Positions 25,828 through 40,465 of a stretch of 64,000 bases of DNA are shown here, piece by piece. The translations under genes and the position numbers were made by a program. The DNA is from Balanoglossus misakiensis (lineage: Eukaryota; Animalia; Hemichordata): assembly GCA_040954595.2 (NCBI GenBank), contig CM082592.2:8543677-8607676 (forward strand). Direction: 5' to 3'. The number at the start of each line of letters is the position of its first letter. Within the stretch, counting starts at the first letter, position 1. Below the pieces are notes generated by a model. It had not been told where the DNA came from. It saw nothing but the letters and a program-made list of their open reading frames with translations, and ran no database searches.

Positions 25828-28800
25828 TTTTGGTCAGAGGTCAGGATACTTTCACCTTGGCGGGGAATCTTATTCTGACGAATGTCATATCTTCTGTTGT
25901 GACGAGTTTGTGTTAAAACTTCCTATCCACAACAGTTGCCGAACTCATCACGGCCAATCGACCAAATCATTCCCTCGAACGAGACCAGGAAAAATGGACA
26001 CAATTAAAAAGTTAACACAATTAAAACGCGATGGCTATTGTCTTGGTAGAACAACACATAGCACAATAACCCAATTTCGCAGGGGTCGTCGACACCAAGA
26101 TCGATAACTGCAATCCTGCAACAACAACAAAACACGGTCACGTGATTGTTCACTGACTACACGTTTGTCACCAGCCGTGTCGTCCATGCATGATGTGCAG
26201 TTATATTTATTTTGAGAAGACCCAGAGACGAGAATTCAACACTCGTATGGTAACCGTCTTGGTACTGATACAGTTTGTGTCACCGTCACGTGGTTCATGC
26301 TCGAAGCTTACTTTTGCATTGGCGTAGTTCGAGTGTTGTTTTGCTGTGATATATGCATGATAACAGGAGTAAATGACAGTTATGTCACAGCGGGTGGTCG
26401 CTAAACACAGTGGAAAACAAGAGTTGTTTACAGTTATACCAGAGCGGGAGGGGGGGGGGGTGTCCGTAAACAGATTATTAATAATATGGAAATGACTTGT
26501 TTTGCTTCTATGCATCCACAGTCACAAGACAAAGAAAGTAAAGATAAAATACAGGCAAAACTGAAAACCAAAATAAAACCTCTTGATGTCACATAGGTCG
26601 ATATCGACGACAATTTTCACAGAACCGGTCAGATTGAACTGGCACTGCATGGATTGCAGTAACATCATTATTCCATATAAGGAAATGATGACGTAGCCTT
26701 CAAGCTTGGCAAAAACAGAGACACGAAAACCAAGTACGAAGGGTTATTGTTCGCAGTTAATTGTCTGTTCGGGAGAGTGCGTATTTTGTCTGTCCTGTGC
26801 GCAAACAGACTTCAATTAGTTCAGGTAGCCTCGGGACGAGACTGTATCCAAAGGCCAGGGGTAATGGTGGATCATGATTGCTCACAGGTGATTCAAACAA
26901 CAGACATCGTCTTCTGTTTGCGACAAAACAACATCGGTTGTTACAAACAGACCAGCGACGAAAGACACAGGAAAAGGAACTGCCTGATAGAAAACATTTT
27001 GCTCAGTTCCCTTCTGTAGTCCTTCAACTTTCATATCCTCGTAACAGTTGTGCAACGATCACTTTTGGTACTATGTCTAACAGTTCTTAAGATTTTAACC
27101 TTCTGTAATTACTACAAGTGAAATTATGGTAATACCGGATATATCCATCATTAACCCGTGTGTATTCCTTTGAGAGACACAGTTAAGTCTATTAGAACTC
27201 GTCAGGTTTTCTATGAAAGGATTAAACCTCTCAAGCAGAACTATTGTTCACGTCATGACGGCATAACCTTCTGCTGTTACTGTAAAATGCTGTAATTATC
27301 ACTTCCCTTTACAATTCTCACTCCAATGTGCCTTTGCCACAGTGACTATATAGAATTGAGGGTTGAGTTAGTTTGTGCGGGGTTGCTTGAGATAAACAGT
27401 CATATACATGTAATGTCCACATTTTCTACATTATAGTACCTTGGCAGCCATGTTCAAATTATTATATGTGCGGTGTTAGCCATACATGCAGAGGCGCATA
27501 TATACAACAAGTAGACACACGTCTGCTGATCAAAATATGAGTGACAGACAACGGTGAAAAGCTGTCAAGGCCGTATGATTTAGAGCCCAGGCGTCAATCA
27601 TCTATGTTACGTAATACGTCGCATGCAGTCGATCGTCTGTAAAATCATAGACTCTGCAGCAAGGATATATGGTAAAATCGCAGTCCCTCTATTGTAATAG
27701 AGAGACCGTGATGGAATACTACCTCCATTTCATGCGTTGTCGTCGGCATCAATAAAATTAATTGTAAATATGGCGCTACCCAGCGTCGAGTAAACGCGAC
27801 ATACCGTTTTTCGTTTCCGATAATACCTCACTCGTGATAATACATTGATCATACGGTTTTGTGCAGTGTCCCTTATATGGTGCCCACCTTCCAGGTCGTA
27901 AAATTTGTTTTGTGTTTTTTTTTAAATCGATTTTTGGACCAGGTCGCGCACGCACTCTGGTCTTCGGTTCTCTGCTGTCTGGAGAATTTCAGTTTGGTTG
28001 CTTGGCATAATGTTATGTCGACGGTTATTGGCCATAAAAAGAAACGCGCCAATATTGGTCAGTGCGTCGATCTACGGCAGCAACTTCCAATGTTTTCGAC
28101 AACAACAAGAATTCACTCCAATTTCTTTTTATCATTGATTTCTTTGTATAAAAAGTCGCTTGAAGCATATCGTTGAATGTATACGATTTATGGTGCTAAA
28201 CGAAAACCATAAACTTTTACAACTATTTTTATATAATGTTATGGCCTCTTTGTGAGGTAAGCGTTTTAAAATCAATATCGAATCAGTCGTTCGGCCAGTG
28301 CCCGACCTGGTTGTGATGTGATGCGTGAACGGTTTCACCACAGAACACGTTTTTGCTTCACCGCAAACTATTTCTTGCCAATATGAATGCGCATGTCTTC
28401 TTCAAAACAGAGCTGGTTCGCTCAGGGTTGTCATGACAACTACACAGGTCGGGAAGGAAGCACTTTATCTCTACTGACATGCTGTTGAGGGAGACATTTC
28501 CAAAGTGAGTTATAAAATAAAAACAAAGTACGTAATCTTTCTAACTTAGAGGGCACTACACAGTTCAGCATTCGGATTTACCTGCGACGGGCCCGCGGGG
28601 CATACTTCTACTCACGACACGAAGAGTCACTATCGTTGTCATAAAAATAGATCCACGAAATTGTCTCGACAATTTTCTCTCATCAAGGAAATGAATAATA
28701 AATGTGAACTATAAAGTGGCGTAGAAATACTGGAGGCATGCTTAGCAACGTCAGAGAAGACTTGTGGAACCGTTTCAACATGTTCAATGCGTCATTCCAC

Positions 28801-31090
28801 TCGCTAAATCAACCGGGAAGAGTTGACGCACGTCAATATCATACGAGGCTTTCAATGTTTCGGCCATCGTCTGTGGCCTTCACAATCTTCATTCGCGGCT
28901 GCATTCGGGCTTCAAGAAACGAGCAACTGTCGTCTCCATCCACTAAACGGCGGACAGGTTGCCCAATGAATATGACACCTCGTTGCGTCACGGCACTAGC
29001 GAGGTTTCCGAAACTTCCGACAGACATGACCAGTCTGCAGTCTAGACATATTTCTACGGATAATGAATTTTTACGACTTCTTATACAAGCACCGAAAGGA
29101 AATTAAAAGCCCCGGTGTCAATAACCACCGACCGTCAGTTGCCTTAATGTCCATTTTCATACTCACGAATAGGGTCGTTTTCTACAGAACACTGGGGATG
29201 CGAAGGCCAAATACGTTAAAGTTACAGCGTTATTTTCCTGGGTTTTTATAGAGTCCTTTTTAACTAGTCCGCCGTGTCTTATTCTTCTGTAACCTTTATT
29301 CTGGTTTGCTCGTATTGTTTGGAGCTAAGGAGCACGTACAACGCCCTGGGAATTTCTTAAAGGACAAACAATGGTCCATTGTCTGTTGCACACAACTTTA
29401 TTAGAAACAAAACATCGGATAACTGTACTGTGTACAGACCATTCCCCTTTAAACAGGCATCAGGCCCGTGGTAATTGCAAAGGATGCTGGTTGGAAAAGT
29501 AGGTATTAGGTAGCAGTTTTTCTCAGTGCTCATCACGTGCTTGATGTTAGGGTACAATTGCACATCCAGGGTTTGTCTTATCAAAGAGCTATTTATAGAT
29601 GGTTCGGCAGAACTGCAAGGCCTTGGACTTCACCACATGCAGCGAGGGCCTTGGACTTTTTTATTCGAGTCTTTCGATTTTCAGGTCATAGAAAATAAAT
29701 TCATTGTGTTTTGGAAGAAAGGTACATGTACATCTGCCACGAGAATGTGGGTCGAGAAAACAATGGAAGACAAATGAAAGAAGAGGCGATTTGTCTCTTT
29801 TCTCAGTGTTTGCTGTTCTGTTCTGTTCTGTTCTAAAATATAAAAAATGCGCTTTTTTCCCGCAGTTAGACGCAGTCAGAGCTGACTGAACGATTCACAA
29901 ATCCCTGGGGTTTCGATATATTTTCCAGTCCTCTGTTGGAAATATTAACGGTTGAAAAAACACGAATAGATGATCGTGTCCTCGTTAAACGCGAGAGAAT
30001 GCTTGTCATATCTATACCGTTAAAAGACTGTCGGCTACTTCTATGCAGACAGTTCAAGGCCAAGTTTAATGTCAACGTTATATTTAGATTTTGCACCTCA
30101 CATGAACCTGATTTGGCCCCTCGGTTTTCTGTATAATCGATTATGTTTGACCGGCAAAATCGTGGGTTTTTTTCAAATGAGGGCGACCTTTTCCGACCAT
30201 AATCCAAAAATCGGTTCTTTAATTAATTATGCAATAATTGGTGTCTAATTATCACCTGGAAAATCGACATGTGCAGTGCAGGGCTCTATCCGTACCCGCC
30301 TATTGTTCTCGCGTTGAAGTCATTGTTACGTAACTGGTTTTCAGCAATTAACGAAACGGTACTTGTGAGACTGAGCAAAGAGGGCTGACAGGTTTCCGTT
30401 CACGCGCCGCACGCGCCAAGGAACGTGATTGGGATAAATCTCACGTGGTTACTAAAACCCCGTGTCGCCATGCGCGTATTTCGCGTAAACTTTCGCTGGC
30501 CTCACCCCATACCCTGGAACTTAATGAGCAGTTTTTACAAACAACAGAACCAGTTTCTTATTTTGGTAACATGCGAAAAAAGGAGGGTACTTTGAATTTG
30601 TTTTGATCAAAGTAAAGGAGCAAAAGGTTTTCGATTGTCCAGATGCAATATGTAGATGCTCGAGGGCTGTTTACTGAAGGAATACTAAAATTAAAACCAG
30701 GTAAACGAAAACAACAAAATCGACGACAACAACAAAAGGGTGGCATGAAATGAGGCCAGTGGGCAAATTTGCATTTCACGTGTCCAAATACATGTAGGAC
30801 ATGCGATCATGGATATTGTGAGTGGTTGCATTTCGTGTTTTGGTTTGCGACGAAAAAAAAACCCTATGTCGAAATAGCAAGGGTTAATTGGCATATAGCC
30901 ATGTAGATAAATTGTATTGAACACAATTCAGGTCGGGTCATTTACGTGTGAAATGTGATACTGTGCGATTCTTTGTATTCCAAGGGCATGCTGGGCCTGA
31001 GCTAAAGTGAATATGATATACTAGTATACCTGGATGTATGTATTCGGAGAATATCGTTCATTTTATAAACCTACAGCCTAACGCGCACCT

Positions 31091-31094
<4 letters not shown>

Positions 31095-31134
<40 letters not shown>

Positions 31135-31157
31135 ACCCCCCCCCCCCTCTCTCTCTC
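31095..31157. repeat. (CT)n microsatellite with poly-C interruption
   Basis: Direct reading of the sequence. Confidence 0.95.
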
Positions 31158-33998
31158 AGGTAAATTTCATTCCACATGTGTGTACGCGCTCGACATATTC
31201 CATGTTTTCCCTGTGCGCCCAGTCGCCTAGACGACGGCAAACCACAGATGTATAGTACATCTACTCGATATTTTCGAACAATAGTGCAAACCTCACTAAA
31301 CACCCGGTACTCGGTGTCGACGCATTAAACTCTGGCGACCGTGCAAACAGAAATAACCTTCACACGTACTCGTCGTGTCATGTTTGCCAGACATCCTCCA
31401 AAAACAACCCGCGCAACAACAATTTTCAAAATTCACACTGCGTACCCCGTCCCATAGATGGGTCGAAGTAGACCCCGGGGCCCGCTCAGTTGTTTTGCGT
31501 CGCAATTTCTACCAGAATGTCACGTGAAGTGTGCGACGTCACTTTGCCCTAATAAATTATTCTTTGCGCCCTGATTTTTATTGTAAACATCACTGTATTA
31601 CCGGTATAATGATGTACATCATTTCTTTCTGTATCAAGCAAGTGCAGTGGGGGATGATGTTTGTTACTTTGAAGAATGATCTCTTGAAAGTCCGCCAGTA
31701 AGTTTATTTTTTTCCACACGTAGTGCAGAGTGGAAATTAATTGTTCATGGCATCACAAAATATTTCATTTTGACGCCTAAATTATACCCCAGCAATAAAA
31801 CGTCATACAATCTAGTCCTCTTCACCAGCCATTGTTTATTCGGGCAAGGACCCTCCCCGGACCCCCCCCCCCCCTCCTCCTCAAAAGGGATCAGTCGATG
31901 CCTTCCAGTCGGGTCTAGCAGACAGTGCATTGTCGTCGCGTTATTTTCTCATTGTGTACATGATATATCTCGCTGTTGCTGTTATCGTTGCTTCAAGGAT
32001 GTTTATTTCTTCGAATAAACATTGGAAATGGCAAAGCTCGTTGTCGACTGATTCCTACACAATGCGACACTCGTGTCCTTGGGTATGGACCAAAGTCCTC
32101 CTAGCTACCACCGAATGAATTAAACCCAGATTGACCAGTAAGGTGAACTTTGTGAACGCCAGTCACCCCTGCAGGTCTGTGAACGCCTAAAGGTTTATTT
32201 GGGTGAATGAAGTTTGTTCTTGGATCTTTATACATTGTGTGTTGATAAGGAGAACAGGGAATCTTTTTTTGGAAAAAAAAACCCGATGCCTGGTGATCCA
32301 ACCGTTCACGATCCGAGCCGCACACTATACCATAAATCGCTGTTGTACATAAAAATTATGATACAGGTATACGTTAGTCGTACATCAACATGTTTACCAC
32401 GTTCGGTAATGGAGCTACACTGACAGAGATGAATTTATAAGTAAACAGTCATCTGTAATCATGGCGATTGATTCTGACTGGACAACCATTGGGAAATGGA
32501 TAAATTTACCTAAGTCACCACTTTCCACTGCATCAGTAAACAGGATGTACATCAGATAAAATTAGATCACCTTCTCATCTGTTAAATGGGGGTATGAGTG
32601 GGATGGGTATGAATCACATAGGACGTTGTACGAATATCTGTGGCTGCCCTTCTTGGCAACAAGCGTCCAGTGTTATATATGGGCGATTCTGCTCGAAACA
32701 TATCTCCATCGTATCATCAACATCTATTATAGTAAACCGTGAACACAATCAATAGACCCGAAACGGCGTGTGTCTTGTCCTTACCGGCACGAGTAAGAAG
32801 GATCTAGAGAAATATGAAAGTAAACCACGTGTGTTTATTATTAACATGCATCGCAATTTTGGAACATTGCCAAAAACTCCATGACGTCACGCTATTCATA
32901 TACGTCACCTGACCTCTTTTTCGCCCAGTTTGGTGTCAAGTCCTATATTTCTCCACCACAACAAATGGTGGTTTTTACAATAGAAAGGAAGTTGTGCCAT
33001 TTGGTCGAGACTGGGTTCTAAGGAGAAAATCTTGTTAACAGCAGTTACCGACCTTCGGTAAAAATTGCCAAAATTGGGCCCTTTAATTTGACTGTCGTGT
33101 TAGCTTTTTAACACTCGCCCTTTTCATTTTTAATGTACGATCACACTCATATATAGGTCAGAGCTCATTCTGTGATCAAACCATCCGTTAACATGGTCGC
33201 ATTTTCACTTTTGTTCAAAATCTTTGAAGCTTGACTTTTCTGTTTCGATCTCGCTCAAGCTCTCGGTATATCCATGGAGTAGGGGAAAAGAACATCTATG
33301 ATGTAAACTTCTATTCTCCGTCTTCGGGTACTAGTAAAACAAGCGTCCCGGTATTCCCCGACCGTGTAAATCACCAACTCACCGCGTACCCCCATTTGAT
33401 CAAAAGAGATTTACGACGTAAACGACATCGGACTCTGCCCCACTGTGATTGGCCGCACGTACTATGCCGTCAGTTACGTCTTCGTGGAAATTACATTTCG
33501 CAATACACACTTATGGCGTGATTACTGATGTAATCAGTTTAAATACAGTCAAAAATTGTACTTTTAAGTGTATAGGTCAACCATAGTGCATATGTAGGCC
33601 ACGATGACTGAATTTACGCATCCTGGTCCTAACTACTACGGACGTGCGTTTACATATTACAGTTATGCGCAATTTAGTCTCTGTGGTTTTAGCGCGTGCG
33701 ACATTGAGAAAAGTTTCGCCGCTTTTACAAAACATCTTTTTTTACTACACACCGCTCATTTATTTCGCATATAATTGTAGAAAGATTACTTTAGGTCCTA
33801 TATAAATACATTTTAGTCGAGACGGGATATTTTAAACCCGTTATGTAACTTTGTCGTTAGCAGGTCAAGTGGACTTTCGTATCACAACAACAGATGTATC
33901 TTAAAAGCTGACTACAGACTCAGCAGGACCGGCTGGGTCACTGAGACATCATAGGCCACGTCCCCAGAGAAAGTACGACGGGAAATCATGCCATTTAA

Positions 33999-34776
33999 GG
34001 CTGCATTCACAAACACCTCTGGAGGGGGGGGGCGGGAGAATTCAATTTTTTTTACCGCTAATTTTCACATGCCCCCCTTCCGAACTGCCAATATTTTCAA
34101 ATCCCCCCCTTCCGAACTGCCAAAATTTTGAAATCCCCCCCCCCCATTTTCTTTCACAGAGCAAAACACATCACCTATCTATCTTGTAAAAAGAAAAACA
34201 GCGCTCCCATGAAAAGAATTTGAAACTGATGTTTCCCCTCATCAGTGGGTATTAAAACTGAACATTGTTTCTATTTTTTAAGTACATATATTTGTATTCT
34301 GTGTTGGGAGACATTGTAAACCGAGAATTGAAGGGGGTGGGTTTGGGAGGGGGTGTCCCCCTCCCACGTAAGAAAATTTTCTAAAATACAGAGCTCAAAG
34401 CTGCATTTTAATGAACCCGGCAAAAGCAAATTAACTCAACTACCGGTATGTTGGGGAGGACAAATTTAACCGTCGTCGCTCAAAGTTATCATGGGGTGGG
34501 GCAAGTCCCCTGACCTGGGACACTAGATAAACCAGTCAATGATTGAAAGGTGTTGATGAATGGAGGGGGTGGGAAATTAGAAAATTTTGTAAAATATAGG
34601 GCGCGAAACTGCATTTTTGTGGACTCAAAATAAATATTTAGTCGTTAAAGTTTTCAAGTCCCCCCCTTTCAGTCCCTAAATTATTTCAAATCCCCCCCTT
34701 ACATACCCTCAATTTTTTCAAATCCCCCCCCTCAATTCTCCCGCCCCCCCCTCCAGAGGTGTTTGTGAATGCAGCC
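33999..34776. mobile_element. PIF/Harbinger-type non-autonomous element (MITE), 778 bp
   Basis: TAA TSD at 33996-33998 and 34777-34779; ~44 bp TIR GGCTGCATTCACAAACACCTCTGGAGGGGGGGGGCGGGAGAATT with its reverse complement at the right end; subterminal tttcaaatccccccc repeats; no ORF. A TWA TSD is the PIF/Harbinger pattern. Confidence 0.88.
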
Positions 34777-37700
34777 TAACATCCGATATTTTATCTTTGT
34801 ATGTAACAAGACATACATTGTTTTCTATCTTTTACTTCTGCATTTCATTTCCGCGATTTCTCACCAATCTTCGTTTGGTACTTGAAATATGGTGTAAAGT
34901 TATTTCCTCAAGTGGTTTCGTACTGAGAAATTTGCCAAATTATTGGTGACAAGTTTCAATTTCGTAACAAGTGATGTATTATCGTCCAGTAAAGCATATC
35001 AGAATTGAATCGAAATCTTGATATATATACAAGAAAAACCGCTCGAGAGATCATCTCCTGGATTTTGTTCCTACATTGGGTCAACACGTGACAGCCATAA
35101 GTCAGGTTTAATTACATAACTTTCAAATCCGACTTAGCCTTAAAAGTAAACAAACAACGGTAACCAGTACCAGTAAACGGTCTCGACACAAGGAAATCCC
35201 CTTCTCCCAAAAATCACATCATCCTTGAGTGTCGCAAAAACATCATGGGAAAGTCGGAAACTGTTTTGACGGGGAGAGGGAGATAAGTCCGTGTGTTAGA
35301 AGTGATAAAGACGTCCTGTGATTCTCAAGTAAACACAATAAATGCGGGAAAAACATTACGTTGCACTTAAAAGTCAAGCACTAGGGGTGAAAGACCTCCC
35401 TACTTTTTGCTCATGTGACCTATTCTCGCGCACTAATTTAGATAGGTTTGTTTGTCAACAACATGATTTGACCGACATTTGAACCGCGAGAAATGTTGGA
35501 CAGTGGTAAAAAATGGTCCACGAGAATCAAAATTTAGAATACACATCCTATAAATGTACTTGCATGGAATTTCCCTCTGATGCAAGGTACGTGTACGTAC
35601 CTATGGAGATGTATGTGTACAGGCAGATCATTGTGTATGCAACCATAACATGACCTCAAATTTGCATTAGGTCAGAGAAGGGATCCAACTAGACTATATT
35701 TTTAAGGGGTGGGCGACCCTTATTTTGACTTACATTTCCGAATGATTACATCAATCTTCCACAAAATGGAAGTATAAAATCAAAGGATATTTCTAAAGGA
35801 TTTCATGCAAATAAACCTATTTGATTAAGAGAAGAAAATCCTTTCAGCACAAGAAACCTGGTATACGAGAGTTGTTTCCAAAAGAATGGCATCGTCTGGT
35901 CACATGGCGTTATGTCGTCATACATTTTCCGCGGACGTGAAATAAACACTGTCTCCGCGCAGAAGTATCCCCATAACATTTGCTGCAGGTACGAGTTGTC
36001 GAAGAAAATCTACGTCGATTTTTCAGTCGTTGGTTAAGTTACCGTCAACATTTCATGTCGAGCTGACCCTGGTATCAGCATTAGATGTGGTCGGCCGTAA
36101 CATTTTTTCCGAATGTAGCCAACATTTTGATCGGTAAGTATATTTTTGAGCGATGCAATATGTACATTGCATGTGCTTTGTGATGAAGGCAGACGTGCTC
36201 GTTCGACCTCTTACTTTTCCACATCGCCTGTCTTTGTTTCTCTCAGCTTTGTTGTGACGGCAGGGGAAAACGTTGAGTTGATGACAGAAATGTAGTCTGA
36301 TGTTCATTCTCTGGAATGGCGCAGAGGCTGGCGCACCGATCGCAAAAAAATTCACGATCTGGTAACAGCGGCACGGCGACGTCCACGCGGCAGTCAGCTG
36401 GTGTTGTCGTCTGTTACTGTTGTGTTGCCGTTTCTCGCTGTTCGGTTAATGGTTGCCGCGATCGTGTGCTCTGTACTCGCGGTTACTAACTAACCAGGAT
36501 CGGGAAAGGGCACCAAGCGGGCACGTCTGAAGTCAAGGTTCAACTCTGATTTCTGTGCCGCCGAAACAAAATCAGCCTTGAACGGCCCGGAAACTATGTT
36601 TAGCCAAGGTCTAAATTGTATTTGTGAGCGCGCTGTGCCGGTGAAGGGTCTCAGTCATCACACACGTACGCAACAACAACAACACAATGTCAAATCAGTT
36701 ATATGAAGCAGATAGTTTGGTATAGCATTGGGGTTGTTTTCATAATAACTGAGCCCATTAGATTGGCTTTTTTTGCAGGGAAGTCAAAACAAACCTTTTC
36801 ACACTTGCCAAGACTGTTATGTGCTGACGTAATTAATTAAGGAGTTTCGGCCAAGGCTGTATTATGGAGCGCTTCTTGCCAGATGTTACAAAGGAAAAAT
36901 TAATTGAATTTTAACAAAGCACCGTTGTTATTATGGCTATCGCGAGAGGTCATCGCCACTGAGCTGGCCAGAGCCAATTTCCTGTCTACAGTTTCTCATT
37001 TGCTTGTCCCTTGGAAGGAAGCTCTCTAGCCTTGCATCCATCCTTATCCGGGGTGCTCAGCTGGGGCTCAGTAACATTTCAGTTGTGGCAGACTACAACA
37101 ATAACAGTTTCACGATGTCACGAAATGGACAAGTACATGTATATTTCGTTTTGTGTCAAGGATTATCTCATTTAAATCTTTTTGTAGGGTGGTTCGTTTA
37201 GTTTTTTCAGGGACACCAGTGATATGATTGAAAGGTGAGTGTGGCTAGGTGTCCAGTTTTAAGAGTGGAGGGACACTGTGGCCCTGTCCCTTTGTTATTG
37301 ATCAGGATCCTGTTAAATATTAATCACTAATCATAATAGACAGAGTGCAGACTGAAAAGGGACCCTGCCATTTAAATCTGCAGAGAAAGACCCTGTGCTT
37401 TCGTCATAACAGCCTTGTCAATATTTCAATGGCCGGGCATTCTTAGAGAAAAAAAGCAGGGTATTGATGTTGTGGCTAGGTGCCCTATTTTCGGAGCAGC
37501 AACAGGAAAAGAGGTCAATCGAACTCGAAAATGACCGATGACATCATAGGGTGAACAGCTCCTCATTGGTGACATATCAACAAAGGGACTTCCCGATGGC
37601 AGGTCATTGGCTGGTCCAAAATAAATATAGTTGTCATGAAAAATGGACTTGTTTACGACAGAATCACATCAGATAAAAATTGTATATCAGTCAAAAAAGG

Positions 37701-40405
37701 GCAGCTCTCTGTCAAAAACGACGTCATCTGACCTGACCCTGCAGTCCCATTGGATGAAAATAGCTCGCCACAGTTAAAATTATGTTGCTGTAGACATGTT
37801 ACATAATATTGGAAGTTTTAATTAAATAGCGGAGTTCATTAGAATGATTGGGTAACTCAGTAACTTTCAACATGTTCAGGAACTAGAACCAGACCATATG
37901 GGCAGTCTGCCCGTATTTATCACAGGTTGATGAAATTTTTAAGTGAAAACAGCACTGAAATTCCCCGACTGTTATATAGTCCTGAAGTAATTCTAAGCAT
38001 AAAGTCTTCATATTCGCGGCACGCGATAAAATAATTCCTCAGAAGGAAATTGTACAAGCCGACATTTTAATCAGCTTTTAGGGTCAGTTGAATGTGAAGG
38101 CCATGTGATGGAGATAATTATTGATCTGTTTGCTGTTGATCCTTTTGTTTCTGCCAGGGGATTAAAATTTGATCGCGGTATTCAACTTTGTGAGCTGGAG
38201 TGCGTAAAATAATATTCTGATGAAGAATTTCCTGTATTGAGGTCAGTTGAATCGCTTTGGCTTCATGAAAAGTGCCAGTTGAGTACCATTTCCGGTGTCC
38301 CTTTGATTTTGATTTTGCCCGTTTGTGAGAATCTGTCGTCTCAATCTCAAAGCGTAGTAATCTCCTGTGGCCCTCCCTGACGATGTGCAAATGAGAGTTC
38401 ATGGTTGTTCGTGGGACTTCGCTCTGTGATGGAACAGCTAGGTCACGTAAGGTGAAGGGGAAAAAAAGCATCTTTAAAGAAGCAAGTGTACCCATGAAAA
38501 TCATTTCACAGTGCTCACCTTTGTGACATTTCGGATTTATAAACAAAACACCACGATTTATGCGATAGATATTGCACTATATACATGCAGAAGGTTAATT
38601 TGTTTTGTGCGGCAACTGTGATTGGTTGAGTCGGTTTTTTGCCACAGAGGTTTTTTTCTGATGGAATTTTCTGATGGAATGGGGTTGCGTCGAACATACG
38701 TGAGCTAGAAGCCGGTAGAATCAGATGGTACTGTAGTAATACAAGACTTCATCACCCCAATTAGGAATTGTCAAATGTCACACGGCTTTAGTGATCTCAG
38801 TCATGGAATGTATTGAAGTGCTCTGACATCCAGTGTCAGGTTTACGAAGGCAGGTTTTTCCGGTGCACACAGTGGAAACGTCTACGAATCAGAATTCTGG
38901 TGGCAGTTTGTCTTGACGAGCTGTCTTGGGTCCAGTTCTTTCTTTGTGTGTTGTTGGATATTTTTTTTTCTTCTGAAAACAAAATCGAGTGATGTGAATG
39001 CTCTGTGGAAACACTAGCCAGGGTTGCTGTGTGCCGTGAAACCCAATACACACTTCTTTGTAAGCTAAATGTAGAGTGAAAATGCAGTTTGCAGTTTTGA
39101 GGGTTACAGTCAAAACAACTGTGAACTGGCTCGGATTATTGCAGACGGACAAAAACGTAGCTGGTACCAGCTGGGCTGTGTCGTAGCCACTGGGCCATTT
39201 TTTTTACCTGCGTGGGGGTCAAAGTTGAACTGGGAGCCAATGAAAAACAACTGAATGCACTGTTGACCAGCAGAGGCAGTGTCGGCGAAATGGAAACACA
39301 ATATGCGATTGTCCGGCGCAAGAAAAGACGACACGTTTGTTGTGCGGTGGTGTTTTGTCTGGACTTGATTTGACAACCATAGAAAAAAAAAGAGATTAAT
39401 TGCCTTTGTTAGCGAAGCCTGTAAAAATACAGACAGAAGAAGCGGTTTATTTCAGCTCTCTGTTTGTTATTCTATCTATACAAACATTACCCTTGAAAAA
39501 ATATAAATAGTAGGTTAATGTTATTTATGGTCGAAAAAGCTTTAAAATTAGAGCGGCCAATCCTCATCAGACAGAAATGAGTTACACTGATTACATTCAT
39601 ACAGTGAGTGAGTTAGTGAGTTAACTAGTGACTGAGTGAGCAAGTGAGTGAGTGGGGAGCAAATGTTTGGGTATGGTGTAACCCCAGATATAATAGCTGG
39701 GCACCACAGCATCTAGCTTTTCCATTTTATATTTGAATATTACTGATATATTTGACATAATTCAGAAGCTACTCAGCCAGCTGTAGTTGTCGTTTAAATG
39801 CAGAGGAGAGCGGCTTTTGTCAGAGTGATTTTCATCGTAAATTTCAGGCGAGAAGATAATCACACAAGCTGTGAGGCAGGTCGCAGATTTTACCCTGTAA
39901 ATGTAGTTTTTATGTAAGGGCATTCAGAGCCATCTATTCGACAATAATCTGTTGCTAGGAACCTGCTGTGATGACGGACGATGACATCAGAGTACGTAGA
40001 TCGATCGCAGTGTGAAGTGGATACAGAAATGTCACGTACGGTATTCAATTCGTCAAAAATGTGTTTCAGTATTTTTACTGGCATGCAGGTGCGTCCATCG
40101 CGTAAAAGAATACCTTTCTTTCACTTGTGTGTGTTTTAGCCTTGGCCGGCAAGAAAAAAAGAAATGCCCCCGTTAATTATTCACGCTAATTTATTGGGAT
40201 GGACACCTCATTTACAGGGTAATCGCACTGCAGAGTGACATAATGTCTTGTTCAAGGCAATCGAGCGATAAACCTTAAATCAAAATAGTGGCAAATAATT
40301 ATCTGCAAGTAATGGGCATGTTTCCTCTGGAAACACCTTGTGTGTTGTTTCTTTGATTCTATCGTTGTGATAATTAAGGTATGCATAATTTATTCAACCT
40401 CGTAT

Positions 40406-40434
40406 ATACATACATACATACATACATACATACA

Positions 40435-40464
<30 letters not shown>
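40406..40464. repeat. (TACA)n microsatellite
   Basis: Direct reading of the sequence. Confidence 0.95.

Positions 40465-40465
<1 letters not shown>

Noticed and set aside
32820-35800. Apparent old DNA-transposon relics flanking the Harbinger MITE
   Set aside because: No paired termini or TSD could be defined.
38118-38546. 142 aa minus-strand ORF
   Set aside because: No recognisable domain or splice support; lies antisense within the presumptive YPEL 5' intron.
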